DNA of 64,000 nt, taken from Macrostomum lignano (lineage: Eukaryota). Of this stretch, positions 1 to 45,632 are shown piece by piece; positions within the stretch are counted from its first letter, which is position 1; every line of letters begins with the position of its first letter. The DNA is taken from positions 120,813 to 184,812 of the forward strand of contig NIVC01000418.1 in assembly GCA_002269645.1 (NCBI GenBank). Reading direction: 5' to 3'. Made by a program: the position numbers and the translations under genes. The notes beneath the pieces were generated by a model. It was not told the DNA's origin. It ran no database searches and saw only the letters and a list, made by a program, of their open reading frames with translations.

Positions 1-203
1 ATTCCAACAATGCAGCCACAATGCTACGAAGTACATTGGTTAACTACGTAATTGAACAGGCATATCAGTCGCATATAGTTGGCATAAAAGCAGCATTACA
101 CTGGCACTTCATGCTAACATTATGCCTGGATCTCGTCGCGACATTCAGTCTGGCATGATGCTGGCATAATATTCCGGCATTATTCCGACAATGCGGACAC
201 TGG

Positions 204-799
<596 letters not shown>

Positions 800-847
800 A
801 ATACCTCTCCTCATCTAGAGCCTTTTTCTTTGTTTTTGTGCCCCTGT

Positions 848-1020
848 TTTTTGCCTGACATTTATCCTACCCAGGGCTCATACATACCTGTGTTACCGCC
901 CGTCTCTATTTCACGTATCCAATCAAGAATCCATAACAATCCAATGGAGTCCAATAGTCGCTAATGACCAGTCGCTATCTGAAAGCAAGGACTCAAGTCT
1001 CCTGTTGCCAGATATTCAAT
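848..1020 (+). repeat. ~170-bp dispersed element, copy 1 (inverted relative to 5453-5624)
   Basis: ctgacatttatcctacccaggg...gccagatattcaat is the reverse complement of 5453-5624 with only a few mismatches. Confidence 0.9.
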
Positions 1021-2473
1021 TAATTATTTTCGATATCGAATTTTACTTGAAGATTAAATTGCGTGCAAAAACCTTTCATTTTATATCTTAGCTCCTATTT
1101 CGGGCTGCTTATCACGGCAGTAATAAAACAGGTAAGAGTATATTATTAATCACAATGTGAAAGGGTGAGAGATACAGTCATACAGGATAGCTAATATAAC
1201 AGAAACATTTAATAAAACGAAATATATTTCAAGTAGAGGATATTTAACATACAGCTCTGAAGTCTGTCAACAATTCTGGAATATTGTGGCGTGCAAGGTT
1301 ACAAAATCTTCTTTTTGAGGCGTATTATAGGCAATTTCGAGTAAGTTCCAGTGGACCATTTCAAAGCATGCACAGACGCAGGCAACTTGCTTTGACAACA
1401 AGAGAACAGCTGCTTGTCATACTCATAAGTTGATATATTGCTTGGTCAAAGTAGATGAGGTAAGTCGTTAGAATTTGTTAATAAATAAATAACTTAGGCT
1501 AAAATACTGCTTTAGAAGATAGATGTAAAGTCATCCATTGTTAGTGACAACTTTTGATTTCATAACACTTGATCTTCCATTAATTTTAAACTGGTAATCT
1601 CAAACGCAGCGTTTTAAACAAATTAAAGCCATTGAAAAAATGAAGCTAAAACAAGCAAGTTTCACAGCTAGCTTTAGTTAAACAAAAACTTATTAAGGTG
1701 AGAACTTAGATGCTTAGGTGCAAAATATAGATGAAATTACAGTTTAATACTTAGATAAAACGAAAAGCAGATCCGTTTAAAATAGAATGACAAAAGAATT
1801 AGATTTCTAGCTAAAAAGTGTTTTACACGGTCATATTGTATTGCAGACAATCTTCGAACAAAAATTGAAAGTGAAAAGGGATGTAGAAGCATCTCTGCTG
1901 TGAAAGAAACGAAAAAATTGTAAAACATATATTACTACTGTCCAGATTAGCCTTGGACAGTAGCTACATGCGCATTTAAATTGTAGTGTTATAATTTTTG
2001 CTTCGTTTCCTATTTTAATCGACCTACAAGTCCCTCTATCGACCTGGTATTTACGATTCAAATCTTTCGTCTACTTGTTTCAGTAGTCTAAATTGAATCT
2101 CTCACAATGTGAAATCTGCCGCCAAGGGGAGTAGAATCGCCAGAAATATTTGTACACAGGGAACTGTGATGCAGGAGCCTGGGAACTAGTGGAAATTCCG
2201 TTCGTCCCGATAGTAAAACAGCATAGGGAGCCTGAGTACACTGTGGGACTGATCTGTGCCGCACGGAATTTCCACGGATTTTCCGGCAGCACATTAGTCT
2301 ATATATATCCCCGCTTGCTATATAGATTTTCTTACTAAAATGTTAAACTTAAGTTCGACAACATTTTGACAAAATAATTAACAAAAAACTCTACCAGAAT
2401 AAAATTTCCTGTTCTAGATTCGTTCGATTCGATTAGTTTAAAACTAAATAATTTTGGCTGATCGATCCAATGT

Positions 2474-16511
<14,038 letters not shown>

Positions 16512-17864
16512 GACTGTTGTGAAACCGAGAATGGGGAACTTGCGGTGGTTTTGTGCGTTTCCTAGAAAATTCGGCGCAAGAACACCCCGAAACTGTGCGC
16601 TGGCGAGCGACTCCACTTGATGTTTGGCTGGCTAATAAGGACCGAAGCGGCCACGGGAGCGTTGGGGTGGGTCGAGCGCGGGGGCGTCTGGGGGTGGGCC
16701 GTGAGGAGGGCTTGGCGATGAAGAACACAGTCTCCCGATGAAGAACAAGAGTTTTTGGCTGAGTTTTATTACACTAGGCTAGGGCGAGAGTTGCTCCGGC
16801 TTTTCTGTGCCCGAGCGCAGCTATTCCTTCTTCCGTGTGTGGGCGGTAGGCCCGCCAGCAGACTGAGAGGCTGTTGGGGGGGGCAGAGAGGTAGATATCC
16901 AACTGCTATCCAGCCTCATCCCCATTGCCAGCTCAGTGCATCTGATTGGTGGAAAGTTCGAAGTGCCATAATTGTTTTACATTTTTAAGTCTCGGGGTTG
17001 CGCAGACTCAAGCAGCGCACGCGACAACACGCGCAATCAGCTTACATAAATGTCGGTTTGCCCTCTCAACTCTCACTTAGGCTGGCCTGCCGGAGACCGC
17101 AAATATCAACTCGGATTGGGACAGCAGAGGAGCGGCACAGACTGGCAGGGGGTTGGGGCTGAGACTCACAGCAGCTGGTATTGTCTGCATGCTCTCTCTC
17201 TCTCTCGGTGAATGAAGTCGTCATCTGCACTGTGCATAGGTAAGTTGTTGAACAGACAAGCCCATGGACTACTCGAGCTATAGATGTCTGGACTAGAAAC
17301 TTCCCGGAGCGCTAGCACAGGGCACAAGCAATAAAATTTCTCATCAAAGCAAAAACTAAATGGGCAGAAATCTTTAAACAATGTAATTTGCAATCTTTTT
17401 TGTAATTTGTGAGTCTGTACGTAGAGGGGTCTCGGGCGTGCTGCGGTAACTCTTCAAGACCCCCCCCCGACTGTTAAGCAAGCAGGCGGATATAAATGAG
17501 ACCACACGCTCACACCCGGCCAGCACCCACCCTCCACCATAATAGACTATTCTAATTGTTTTCTAGCAATATAAACTTGAGAAATTTCCGGAAGAGTTTT
17601 AGCCATAGACAGTTCGTTGCATCAACGACTTCTGAGTATCGAGAACAGAGCAGTCTAACCCATAATATTATAATATTAATAGTAATCATTTATCCCCCAC
17701 TTGGGCCTTTTTTGCGCGCCCGAATTCTCATATTGATTGCTCCACAGACCCCCCTTCGGGCCATAGACGATGAAAAGCAAGTCTTCAATAGCTTTATTTT
17801 CCCACTAAGGATTAAATTGTTTGCTCTTAGGCTTAATTGGCTTGAAAAATGCTATAAGTCATTC

Positions 17865-18115
17865 CACCTGCCCTAATGGACAGATATGTGGCTGCGTAAG
17901 GCTGTTCAGTCCAAGGACTGGGGGGGGGGGGGGGTCGGCACACACACCCTCAATTACCCCAGCTAATGCTGGCACCCATTTTACAGCTGGGTGAACTGAA
18001 GCAATGCAGAGTTAAGTGTCTTGCTTAAAGACACAAATTGTTCCGAGGGGTCGAGAATCGAACCCGCGACCTTTCAGTCTTGAGTCCGACGCTTTAACCA
18101 CTAGGCTGCAACCCC
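17865..18115 (-). mobile_element. tRNA-derived SINE (Deu/Nin-type core), most complete copy
   Basis: Minus strand: GGGGTTGCAGCCTAGTGG (A box)...GGTTCGATTC (B box), then tgtgtctttaagcaagacacttaac...cacccagctgtaaaatgggtgcc core; the same body occurs at 39551-39703 and 62835-63080. Confidence 0.8.
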
Positions 18116-18834
18116 TAGTCTAACCCAGGGGTGACCGAGGTTGCGACCATAGACTAATATTATCCTTGAATGAATTCAACCAAGCAAGTAAGTTAAAAAA
18201 CTATTTAAACTGGCTTAAAAGTTGGTCATACAGGTGAGCAAATTTCTAACAACTTTCTATCACTTAAATTAACCGTTTTTACAGACACAAGAAGACCAGC
18301 GGCAATTGCCGCTCCAGATACTAAGTCGGGGACTCCCTGCCGCTATTAGACAGCCAAGTGTACTTTAAAATTATTGGCCGAAGGCTCTGAGGAATTCCTC
18401 ACGTAATAAACCAATTTATTTACATTATAAAGCGATTTTTGGAAAATTACAAATTATATAAAGTGACAGTCCAATATCAAAATTAAACATCGCGCCATCT
18501 CATGGGCCTTGAGCAGCATCTTAATAACCTTCGGAAGTTTTATGAGTCTCAACCTGCAGTGCTGATAGACAATGGCGAAGAATGCCCTCTTTTTGTAAGA
18601 CTGCCAGACCGCTTTTGTACTGAAAAACACTGGCTTTCTTTGGGGGGGGGGGAGCCAATTCTGAGAAGCAACCTGCTGCCGCACCATAAAAACAGATGAA
18701 AACAATCAGTTAAAAAACTGCCCTCTACGTTAAAAGGCTTGCCCGCTGCTCCTAGCGCAGCACCTGTCTACTGGCTGTGAGCTTCAGGTTTAATACAAGT
18801 GCAAATTAACTGAGTTATGTGACCAAGCTAAACC

Positions 18835-19572
18835 TCACTAGCCCTAGGCTAGCCCTAGGCTAGCCCTAAGCTAGCCCTAAGCTAGCCCTAAGCTAGCCCT
18901 AAGCTAGCCCTAAGTTAAACCCTAAGCTAGCCTTAAGCTAGCCCTAAGCTAGCCCTAAGCTAAACCCTAAGCTAGCCCTAAGCTAGCCCTAAGCTAGCAA
19001 TAAACTAAGCCCTAAGCTAGCCCTAAGCTAGCCCTAAGCTAGCCCTAAGCTAGCCCTAAGCTAGCCCTAAGCTAGCCCTAAGCTAGCCCTAAGCTAGCCC
19101 TAAGCTAGCCCTAAGCTAGCCCTAAGCTAGCCCTAAGCTAGCCCTAAGCTAGCAATAAACTAAGCCCTAGCCCTAAGCTAAACCCTAAGCTAGCCCTAAG
19201 CTAGCAATAAACTAAGCCCTAAGCTAGCAATAAACTAAGCCCTAAGCTAGCCCTAAGCTAGCCCTAAGCTAGCCCTAAGCTAGCCCTAAGCTAAACCCTA
19301 AGCTAGCCTTAAGCTAGCCCTAAGCTAGCCCTAAGCTAAACCCTAAGCTAGCCCTAAGCTAGCCCTAAGCTAGCAATAAACTAAGCCCTAAGCTAGCCCT
19401 AAGCTAGCCCTCAGCTAGCCCTAAGCTAGCAATAAACTAAGCCCTAAGCTAGCGATAAACTAAGCCCTAAGCTAGCCCTAAGCTAGCCCTAAGCTAGCAA
19501 TAAACTAAGCCCTAAGCTAGCCCTAAGCTAGCCCTAAGCTAGCCCTCAGCTAGCCCTCAGCTAAACCCTAAA
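18835..19572. repeat. 11-bp array (ccctaagctag)n containing the telomeric hexamer CCCTAA
   Basis: About 60 units with interspersed ctaaaccctaag and ctagcaataaactaagc variants. Confidence 0.93.
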
Positions 19573-20654
19573 CTGGTCTGCCTTTTAAACCCCAGCTTTA
19601 GCCTCAAATACCATCTTACAAACATTACCAATCTTGTAGGTCTAAACTGGATTGTCAAAGTGAGAAGTAAAGCTGAAATAAAGGGGTAATATAAATTCAT
19701 AATCATCCAGCTTCCTTGCTTTAGCTGCTGGCTCTGCCACTCACTGAACTGAAAAAAAGCGAACTCAAAAACAAAAATTCAAAGCAAAAACTGAAGACAC
19801 AAACTTCTGCTACATTCAGATCGCAATACAAAATGCAAAGACTATATGCAACGTGCCCCCAAACTTGGCAATTCAAGAGCTTAACAATGAGAGGCAATTT
19901 TCAATTTCAAATTTCCTGAGAATGCGTGGGCACATCAAGTATATCAATAAAGTGCATACAGGCACAAGTCTAGCGAACCTCATCATCACCTATTTGGTTT
20001 GGCATAATTGTCTTCTGCTTTTAGTTGGACGCTCTTTCTCTCTCTGTCGCACACGCTCAGCTGGGTGGCAATGCATGAGGCGCGAGACCGCCGCAGTTCT
20101 GGCGGTCGAGGTTCGCCTCAAGTGCTTGGTCTACCCGCCATACCGAGTTGAAGTTTCGAGTTAGCTAATAAGTAGCAATGTTCATGTAGGCGCCCACGGC
20201 ACGGTTGTTGTGGTTCTTTGAAGCCGCGAAATTTTCAAAGTTACACAATTATTCACTTGTCACAGTCTGCTTTGGTCTGTCTGTGTGCCAGTCTCAAGGA
20301 CCACTAGAAGTTACCGCTGTATACATTTCCTCTGTCTGCGAGTGACGAACTCCATGAGCTGCCTAGCTGACGTAATGACTAAGTTTAACTCTAGCGCAAT
20401 CTTTATTTTAAATTACCTAATGCTTAATTACGTTGAATTCGCTAATTGCCACTCATAGTAGTGCAGTTTAGCTAGAAATTATTAATTAGTAAAGACAAAT
20501 AAGTAAATTATTTGGTATTCGTAGAGTATTACTCGGCATTTATTCGTGGTCACTGGAGTACTGGAGTACATAATTAACTGACCTGACAGTAAGACAACAT
20601 TGACATGGCACTGGCTAGCGAATAGGGAATTGTGGGCAGAAAGACACACGGAGC

Positions 20655-20975
20655 CAAACAGACAGGCAGGCAGGCAGACAGACAGGCAGGCAGGCAGGCA
20701 GGCAGGCAGACAGACAGGCAGGCAGACAGACAGGCAGGCAGACAGGCAGGCAGACAGGCAGGCAGACAGGCAGGCAGACAGACAGACAGACAGACAGGCA
20801 GACAGGCAGGCCGACAGAAAGGCAGGCAGACAGGCAGACAGACAGACAGGCAGGCAGACAGACAGACAGACAGACAGACAGGCAGGCAGACAGACAGGCA
20901 GGCAGACAGGCAGACAGACAGACAGAAAGGCAGACAGACAGGCAGACAGACAGGCAGACAGACAGACAGACAGGC

Positions 20976-21020
<45 letters not shown>

Positions 21021-21459
21021 GGAAGGCAGACAGACAGACAGACAGACAGACAGGCAGGCAGGCAGACAGACAGACAGACACAGACAGGCAGACAGACAGG
21101 CAGACAGGAAGGCAGGCAGACAGACAGACAGACAGACACAGACAGACAGACAGACAGGCAGACAGGAAGGCAGGCAGACAGACAGACAGACAGACACAGA
21201 CAGACAGACAGACAGACAGACAGGCAGGCAGGCAGGCAGGCAGACAGACAGACAGACAGACAGACAGGCAGGCAGGCAGACAGACAGACAGACAGACACA
21301 GACAGGCAGACAGACAGACAGACAGGAAGGCAGACAGACAGACAGGCAGACAGACAGACAGACAGGCAGGCAGACAGACAGGCAGGCAGACAGGCAGACA
21401 GACAGACAGACAGGCAGACAGACAGGCAGACAGACAGGCAGACAGACAGACAGACAGGC

Positions 21460-21504
<45 letters not shown>

Positions 21505-21655
21505 GGCAGGCAGGCAGGCAGACAGACAGACAGACAGACAGGCAGGCAGACAGACAGACAGACAGACAGACACAGACAGGCAGACAGACAGACAGACAGG
21601 AAGGCAGACAGGCAGACAGACAGACAGACAGGAAGGCAGACAGGCAGGCAGACTG
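20655..21655. repeat. (CAGA/CAGG)n microsatellite
   Basis: Mixed tetranucleotide array. Confidence 0.97.
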
Positions 21656-22580
21656 CACCAACAGCCAGTGAGAAAGCACATCACAGCGGACAGCAAGCGA
21701 GGCTCCCCAGCGCGCCAACCAGCTTCAACATCAGTAGTTTTGGCGCTGCAAGCAAAAATCAATGGCAAAACGAAGCAAAGCACAAGCAAGAGAAACACAA
21801 TTGACTGTAAATTATTTGAATTATCAAACGCAGTTTGCACAGATTATTTAGCGCTAAAAAAGATCAGGTGACCAAAGATGGCGGGTCAGCTGCTGCACGC
21901 ACCTGTCGCATTGAACAGTTCACTGAGGTCTGAATCCGTGACAGCACAGTTTCAAGCAAAATACAAAGAGATTCCAATTGCGACGGAATGGCGCTGAGAT
22001 GCACAGAGCTGCATGGGGGGTGCGGTAAGTGAATTAATATCCAATATTTAACCGCAGCCTAAAGCTGCCATATACATTTCAGTGGACTGGCTAATGTACA
22101 TTATTGCTGAACCAATTAGCAAGTTGTTTATGCCTGCAAGCTCTGGGCTTCTAAACTTATCAAAGTTTTCTCAGCTGCCTTTATCATTACAAAACAGCTT
22201 ATGTATTCTTCTTTGCTACTGAACTGAAAGTAGAAAGCTGTTTTGCTAAGTAGATATGCCTGAGTGGCCCATCTAGTTATTTTAGTATCTGTGGATAGGC
22301 TTGCTAATAATTGAATTGATAACTTCAGAAAAGCGCACATTTCACATAAAATCGATAAAAGGTTTAAACCAGACGCGGGCGTACAGTCTGGAGTAAAAGT
22401 CGGAAGCCTACAGTAATAATACAATTCAACTATTAGTATAAATAAATAATTATTGCCTTGGAAATTCTGCTTACTCTACTGCGAGTAGGCTGGTGAGGAT
22501 GCGGTCTGTTATAAATGCGAGCGAATCTCAAGCATGAATAAGCCTCAGTCATCAACATTCAGAGCTGTCCATGAGGATGT

Positions 22581-40615
<18,035 letters not shown>

Positions 40616-40744
40616 GCCGATGTCAGCTGTCGACGAAGAGCTGCCTTACAGTAGTCTGGAATATTTTTGCTAATTTAATTAGCACTATAAATTGCTTTGA
40701 TAGGGATATCGTATGACGTATAAGGCCTGGGCCCTGGTGGGGAT

Positions 40745-40925
40745 TCTGATCGAAAAGAGGGATTGGGATCTGAGAAGGGGAATCAGGTTATTGGGATCTG
40801 AGAAGGGGAATCGGGTTATTGGGATTTGAGAAGGGGAATCAGGTTATTGGGATTTGAGAAGGGAAATCGGGTTATTGGGATTTGAGAAGGGGTTCCAGAG
40901 GATCCGGGATCTGAGAAGGGGAAAG
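40745..40925. repeat. 28-bp array (gggatttgagaaggggaatcaggttatt)n
   Basis: About 6 units just upstream of the cyclase start codon. Confidence 0.88.
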
Positions 40926-43394
40926 ATAAAAAATCAAGAAAAGATAAGATTAAGATAATAATCCGCACATTGTAAATCCTGATTACTGACAATTAATTTT
41001 ATAATTGTAATTTCATATGATGGTCATACGGTGACAGTGTGCTATTATACAGGGTCTGACTGTGGTTCCTCTGAAACTTCGTTGATTTTTATCAACTAGA
41101 CCCCGTGGCTGAACAGATAAACACAACATTTATACACGCATACAGGCAAATGCTTTCCATTAACAACAACTTGCGTTCTAGCAATTTGCTATGGAGTCAC
41201 GTGACGTATCTCTGTGTGGGCATTTGTGTTTGTAATTATATCAGATATATACTGTTTATACATATTATATTTAGGCAGCAAGGGAGAGAGCCACACACAC
41301 AGGGCAGGAGCAGACAGACAGCAAGTACATCATCCGTAGCTGCATATTTCAACTCTAACTATGCGCTTGCTTAGTTTGCGTATTCAACCTCAAAGCCAGG
41401 TGACTTTATTTTAACTGGCAATTTGGTACAGTATATAGTGCGTACTAATTAGATGACGAAGCACTTGGCTATCAACTGGCAGTTATAGTTACTCTCGCTG
41501 TTTACTCAACTAAACTGTTGCTAAAATTGAATTTCTAAGCTAGCTTTATGACAATTAAGAAGCTGGAGATTCTGTATAGTAATATTAGCCTACTGATTAA
41601 TTATATTTGTGCCATTGCCCGTGGTATCGATTGGATCTTGATATGTAGAGATGGAACGAATCCTTCCATTTTTCATGAATTCGAATATCCTCGTATCTTC
41701 TCCTTATACTATAGTTATAGTTATAGTTATAAACATCTATCAAATTTATCAGTATCATGTACTTTTCGCATTTCGGGTAAATAATTTATCTATATTATTA
41801 CGAGCCAAATTGTTTGATTTTATTAATTACTTACCCATTGCTCAACACAGCTTGCTCCTCTCTCTGTTGTTGGCTTCTTTCAGTCTTCTTTGAACGCGTG
41901 AAAGACTAACAAATCAGATTTTTTACTTGCTGTGCTGTCTAAATGTATCGAATTTGACTTGGAAAATAATAATACGATATCTTTGAGAAGAATATAAAAG
42001 GTTCCGCAATCATGCAATCCAAGTCTGTAAGATCGGAATATAACCAACAGACTGAGTCGGGAGACCGACTTTCACTGAATAACGGTGACAAATTTGCTTC
42101 AACTTGTCCCCTTATTTGCTTCAGGCTCTGCAGTGTCAGTGGGAAAGGTTCCCAGAAAAATTTAACTCAAATCGCTTATGGGGGGAATCGTGTGCGCTTG
42201 TGTATGGGGGTTTCCTCCTTCAGTTGAGTGCGCGTGTATGTGCGTTGAGCCAATGAAGCCCAGGGCCAGACCCAAAGCCCGCTATTTGCCATTGCACTCC
42301 TGCCCCCACCCACTGGTGTTATTGGAGAAAATAGCCTTCAGTATCAGATGTACACTGGGCCAGGCAAACCCCGCCTCCTCTCCCAGCCACGCGCCGGGCC
42401 GCCCCACCACCCCACACTTGTCTGCCCTTTCAACACCCCCCTGGCGCGGGTTTTTTATTACCGGGGGGAGAGTTAGAAGAGGAAGGACGCTGAACCGGGT
42501 AAGGGGGGTTGACTCTTGAGGTCTCAGACTTTTGGGGTTGGTGTGGTATACTGGGGACTGGTGTTGGTAGGTAATGCAAGAATGTTAGTTTTCAAGTTAC
42601 TTAATATATAGTGTGAGATCTTGGCTTGATACGCACGTATGTAACGTACATTATTGTACACTCTCGCGCCCCTTGTATTTTTACCTTTCTGACTATTATT
42701 ACTACAATACATGATAGCTATTGCTTTCCACGCGGTTTTTTTTGCATTTTCAATCCCAATCTCAATGCGTCTGCCACCGCCGCATTGGCCAACTGACTAC
42801 TACTGTGCGCTGTGCTGTGTGGGTTGGATAGAAAATGGAGCAGAAGCAGCAGAAATTAAAGTCTTTTTATTGCACATACTTTTTAGTTAATCCCTGTCCT
42901 GCTGGGTGTTCTGCGTAGTGCACGCGTGTCCCAATTAGCTAATGTGTATTATAGTTGTAGAAGTATAAAATATAGTAATAAAACATTTTTGTATTTGTGC
43001 CGAAAAATAATCCATTAACAGCCGTTATCTGGACAGACTAATGCATGACCCATGCTTGATTCTTGAAAATTGAGGATTAGGAAAAGGAATGCATCTAATA
43101 TTGTCCAGTGACTCACTTGCCCAAACTTAGTAACTGCTGGGCAGTACAACTTATTTTTAGCTGCACGCGCACACGATGATGCGCATCGAATAGATGGAAT
43201 TCTGGACTACAACGGATTTAATAGCTGGTCTGACGGATGAAGAAGAAAGTAGAAGAAAAAAACAGTGCACTGGCGAGCACTCTCGAACATGTCTGATTAT
43301 CGACCAGTGCACATAACTTCGATCGTACTATTATTCAATATATTGCTACATGCTTATTGTCACCGTTATGGAAATCAAGAAGTTTGACTTAGGG

Positions 43395-43672
43395 AACCAA
43401 AATGAGTGCCAGCCGCGCCAAAATAAGTGCCTGATCGTGTCTGCAGGCCAGAATGAGTGCCTGAATGCCTGCGGTGCCAAAATGAGTGCCAGTCGCGCCA
43501 AATTAAGTGCCTGAGTGCCCGCGGCGCCCTAATGAGTACCTGAGGCGCCAAAATGAGTGCCAGAGGCGCCAAAATGAGTACATGAGGCGCCAAAATGTGT
43601 TTCTGCGGCGCCAAAATAGTGCCTGGCCGGGCGCCAAAATGAGTGCCTGAGTCTGTGGCGCCAAAATGTCAG
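43395..43672. repeat. Degenerate (ggcgccaaaatgagtgcc) array
   Basis: Repeated gcgccaaaat units, resembling subterminal repeats of foldback-type DNA elements. Confidence 0.75.
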
Positions 43673-44099
43673 TGCTAACAATACCAATTTCAAATAATAT
43701 TGCGCAAAAATCCCACCCGAGGTGCTAAGTTTAACTTTCTCCAGTTCACTAAGTTCACGTATGCTACTACTCAACAAACTTATAATCAGTAGTAGTGAAG
43801 TAAACAAGCAATGTTCGATATATACAATAAATTTGAAGGCTCAAGTTTGATTAAGTGCAAAATGGCCCTACAATAAATGACTACAGTAGCTACGAGCGTA
43901 CATGCTATTCATTAGAATTGACAATCTGTTTTTTCGTTTGGCAGATGAACGCAGTGTTAATCTATACAAAATTATTCACTGCATTCCAAAATCAATAATT
44001 TTGAGCGATATGAGATTGTGTAGAAACTCTTGGTCCAAGAGATCTGGAATCTGGACTCTATTCACCATTGTTTTTTCATTAATCATAAATCACTTATAT

Positions 44100-44560
44100 A
44101 TCCTCTAGATTCCCTTGTCTGTCCTCTAGATCCCCCTGTCACCCCTCTAGATTCCCCCCTCGCCCCACTTCAGATTCTCCCTGCCACCTCTCTAGATTCC
44201 CCCTGGTACTGCTCTAAATTCCCCTCTGTCAGCTCTCTAGATTCCCCCTGGCACTGCTCTAAATTCCCCTCTGTCAGCTCTCTAGATTCCTCCTGGCACT
44301 GCTCTAAATTCCCCTCTGTCAGCTCTCTAGATTCCCCCTGGCACTGCTCTAAATTCCCCTCTGTCAGCTCTCTAGATTCCCCCTGGCACTGCTCTAAATT
44401 CCCCTCTGTCACCTCTCTAGATTTCCCCTGGTACTGCTCTAAATTCCCCTCTGTCACCTCTCTAGATTTCCCCTGGTACTGCTCTAGATTCCTCCTGGTA
44501 CTGCTCTAAATTCCCCTCTGTCAGCTCTCTAGATTCCCCCTGGTACTGCTCTAAATTCCC
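44100..44560. repeat. 45-bp dimeric minisatellite (ctctctagattccccctggcactgctctaaattcccctctgtcag)n
   Basis: About 8 full units plus degenerate lead-in. Confidence 0.92.
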
Positions 44561-44852
44561 TGTTCGGTCACCGCAAAAGAGCGAATAATATTTGTGTTTA
44601 TACTCGTATGAAATGATACTCGTGAATAGCTCTTACACGTTGCTGAGCCGACATTCCCATTAAATTAAAAATTCTTGAACTTTAGAACAAGCTACACCTT
44701 TGATCTTCAATAATTCAATAATTGATTCGTGAACTACAGGACTACTTTAAATATTCAATAAAAGTATAAATTAAATAGCTTTTGTTTCAAAAGACAACAC
44801 TCAATACGTAAAAACTTGTGAGGTTAAAAACGCATTTCATGTCTAGAGGCAA

Positions 44853-45516
44853 GGGGTCGCCATCATAAGCTCGAAAAATCACATCGTCGAAAACAAGAAG
44901 GCTCCATCACAAGCTCGAAAAGTCACAAGCTCGAAAAGTCACAAGCTCGAAAAGTCACAAGCTCGAAAAATCATATCGTCGAAAACTGATTTAGCAACCG
45001 GTATCACAATCTCGAAAAGTCATAAGCTCGAAAAATCATAACGTCGAAAAGTTTAGAAACCACCATCACAAGCTCGAAAAGTCATAAGCTCGAAAAATCA
45101 TATCGTCGAAAACTGATTTAGCAGCCACCATCACAAGCTCGAAAAGTCATAAGCTCGAAAAATCACATCGTCGAAAAGTTTAGCAAACATCATCACAAGC
45201 TCGAAAAGGCACAAGCTCAAACCCTAACCCCAAGGCACTAACCCTAACCCTAAGGCACCAGTACCCTAGCCTAACCCTGAACCATAACCCAAACCCCAAC
45301 CCTAACCTAACCCTAAACCCTAACTTAAAGGCACTAGTTCTAACCCGACCCTAACCCTAAACCCTAACCTTAAGGCACAAGTTCAACCCCAACCCTAAAC
45401 TTAACCCTAAGCCCTAACCCTAAGGCACTAACTCTAACCCTAACCCTATTCAAGCTTGTGATGGTGGTTGCTAAACTTTTCGACGATGTGATTTTTCGAG
45501 CTTGTGATGGGCCCCC
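44853..45516. mobile_element. MITE-like element with TIRs, subterminal repeats and an internal telomere-like (CCCTAA)n tract
   Basis: Left ggggtcgccatcataagctcgaaaaatcacatcgtcgaaaa matches the reverse complement of the right end (gggggcccatcacaagctcgaaaaatcacatcgtcgaaaa); tandem cacaagctcgaaaa units 44880-45215; degenerate CCCTAA 45220-45447. No TSD identified. Confidence 0.8.
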
Positions 45517-45632
45517 GCATATACTAAGGCATTTAAGGCTATAAGAGTGCATGTTGAATTAGCCATGATGCAGCCGATTAATCTGCACGTTTAGTCAAAC
45601 GGCGAGACGCACTCGCACAGGGTGTGAACTCT

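Noticed and set aside
1250-1460. Possible mitochondrial insertion (AT-rich frame open if TGA=Trp)
   Set aside because: No similarity to any mitochondrial protein I recognise; in-frame TAG/TAA remain.
18045-18115. tRNA gene (also 60251-60323, ~29087-29120, ~36800-36850)
   Set aside because: A/B boxes are present but anticodon stems do not pair, and the heads continue into a shared SINE body or are fragments.
20040-20170. GC-rich segment with a short minus-strand open frame (VWRVDQALEANLDRQNCGG...)
   Set aside because: No supporting splice partners or recognisable domain; may be UTR or regulatory sequence of the neuregulin-like gene.
45220-45447. True telomere or chromosome-fusion site
   Set aside because: Degenerate, single orientation, and enclosed by transposon-like TIRs.
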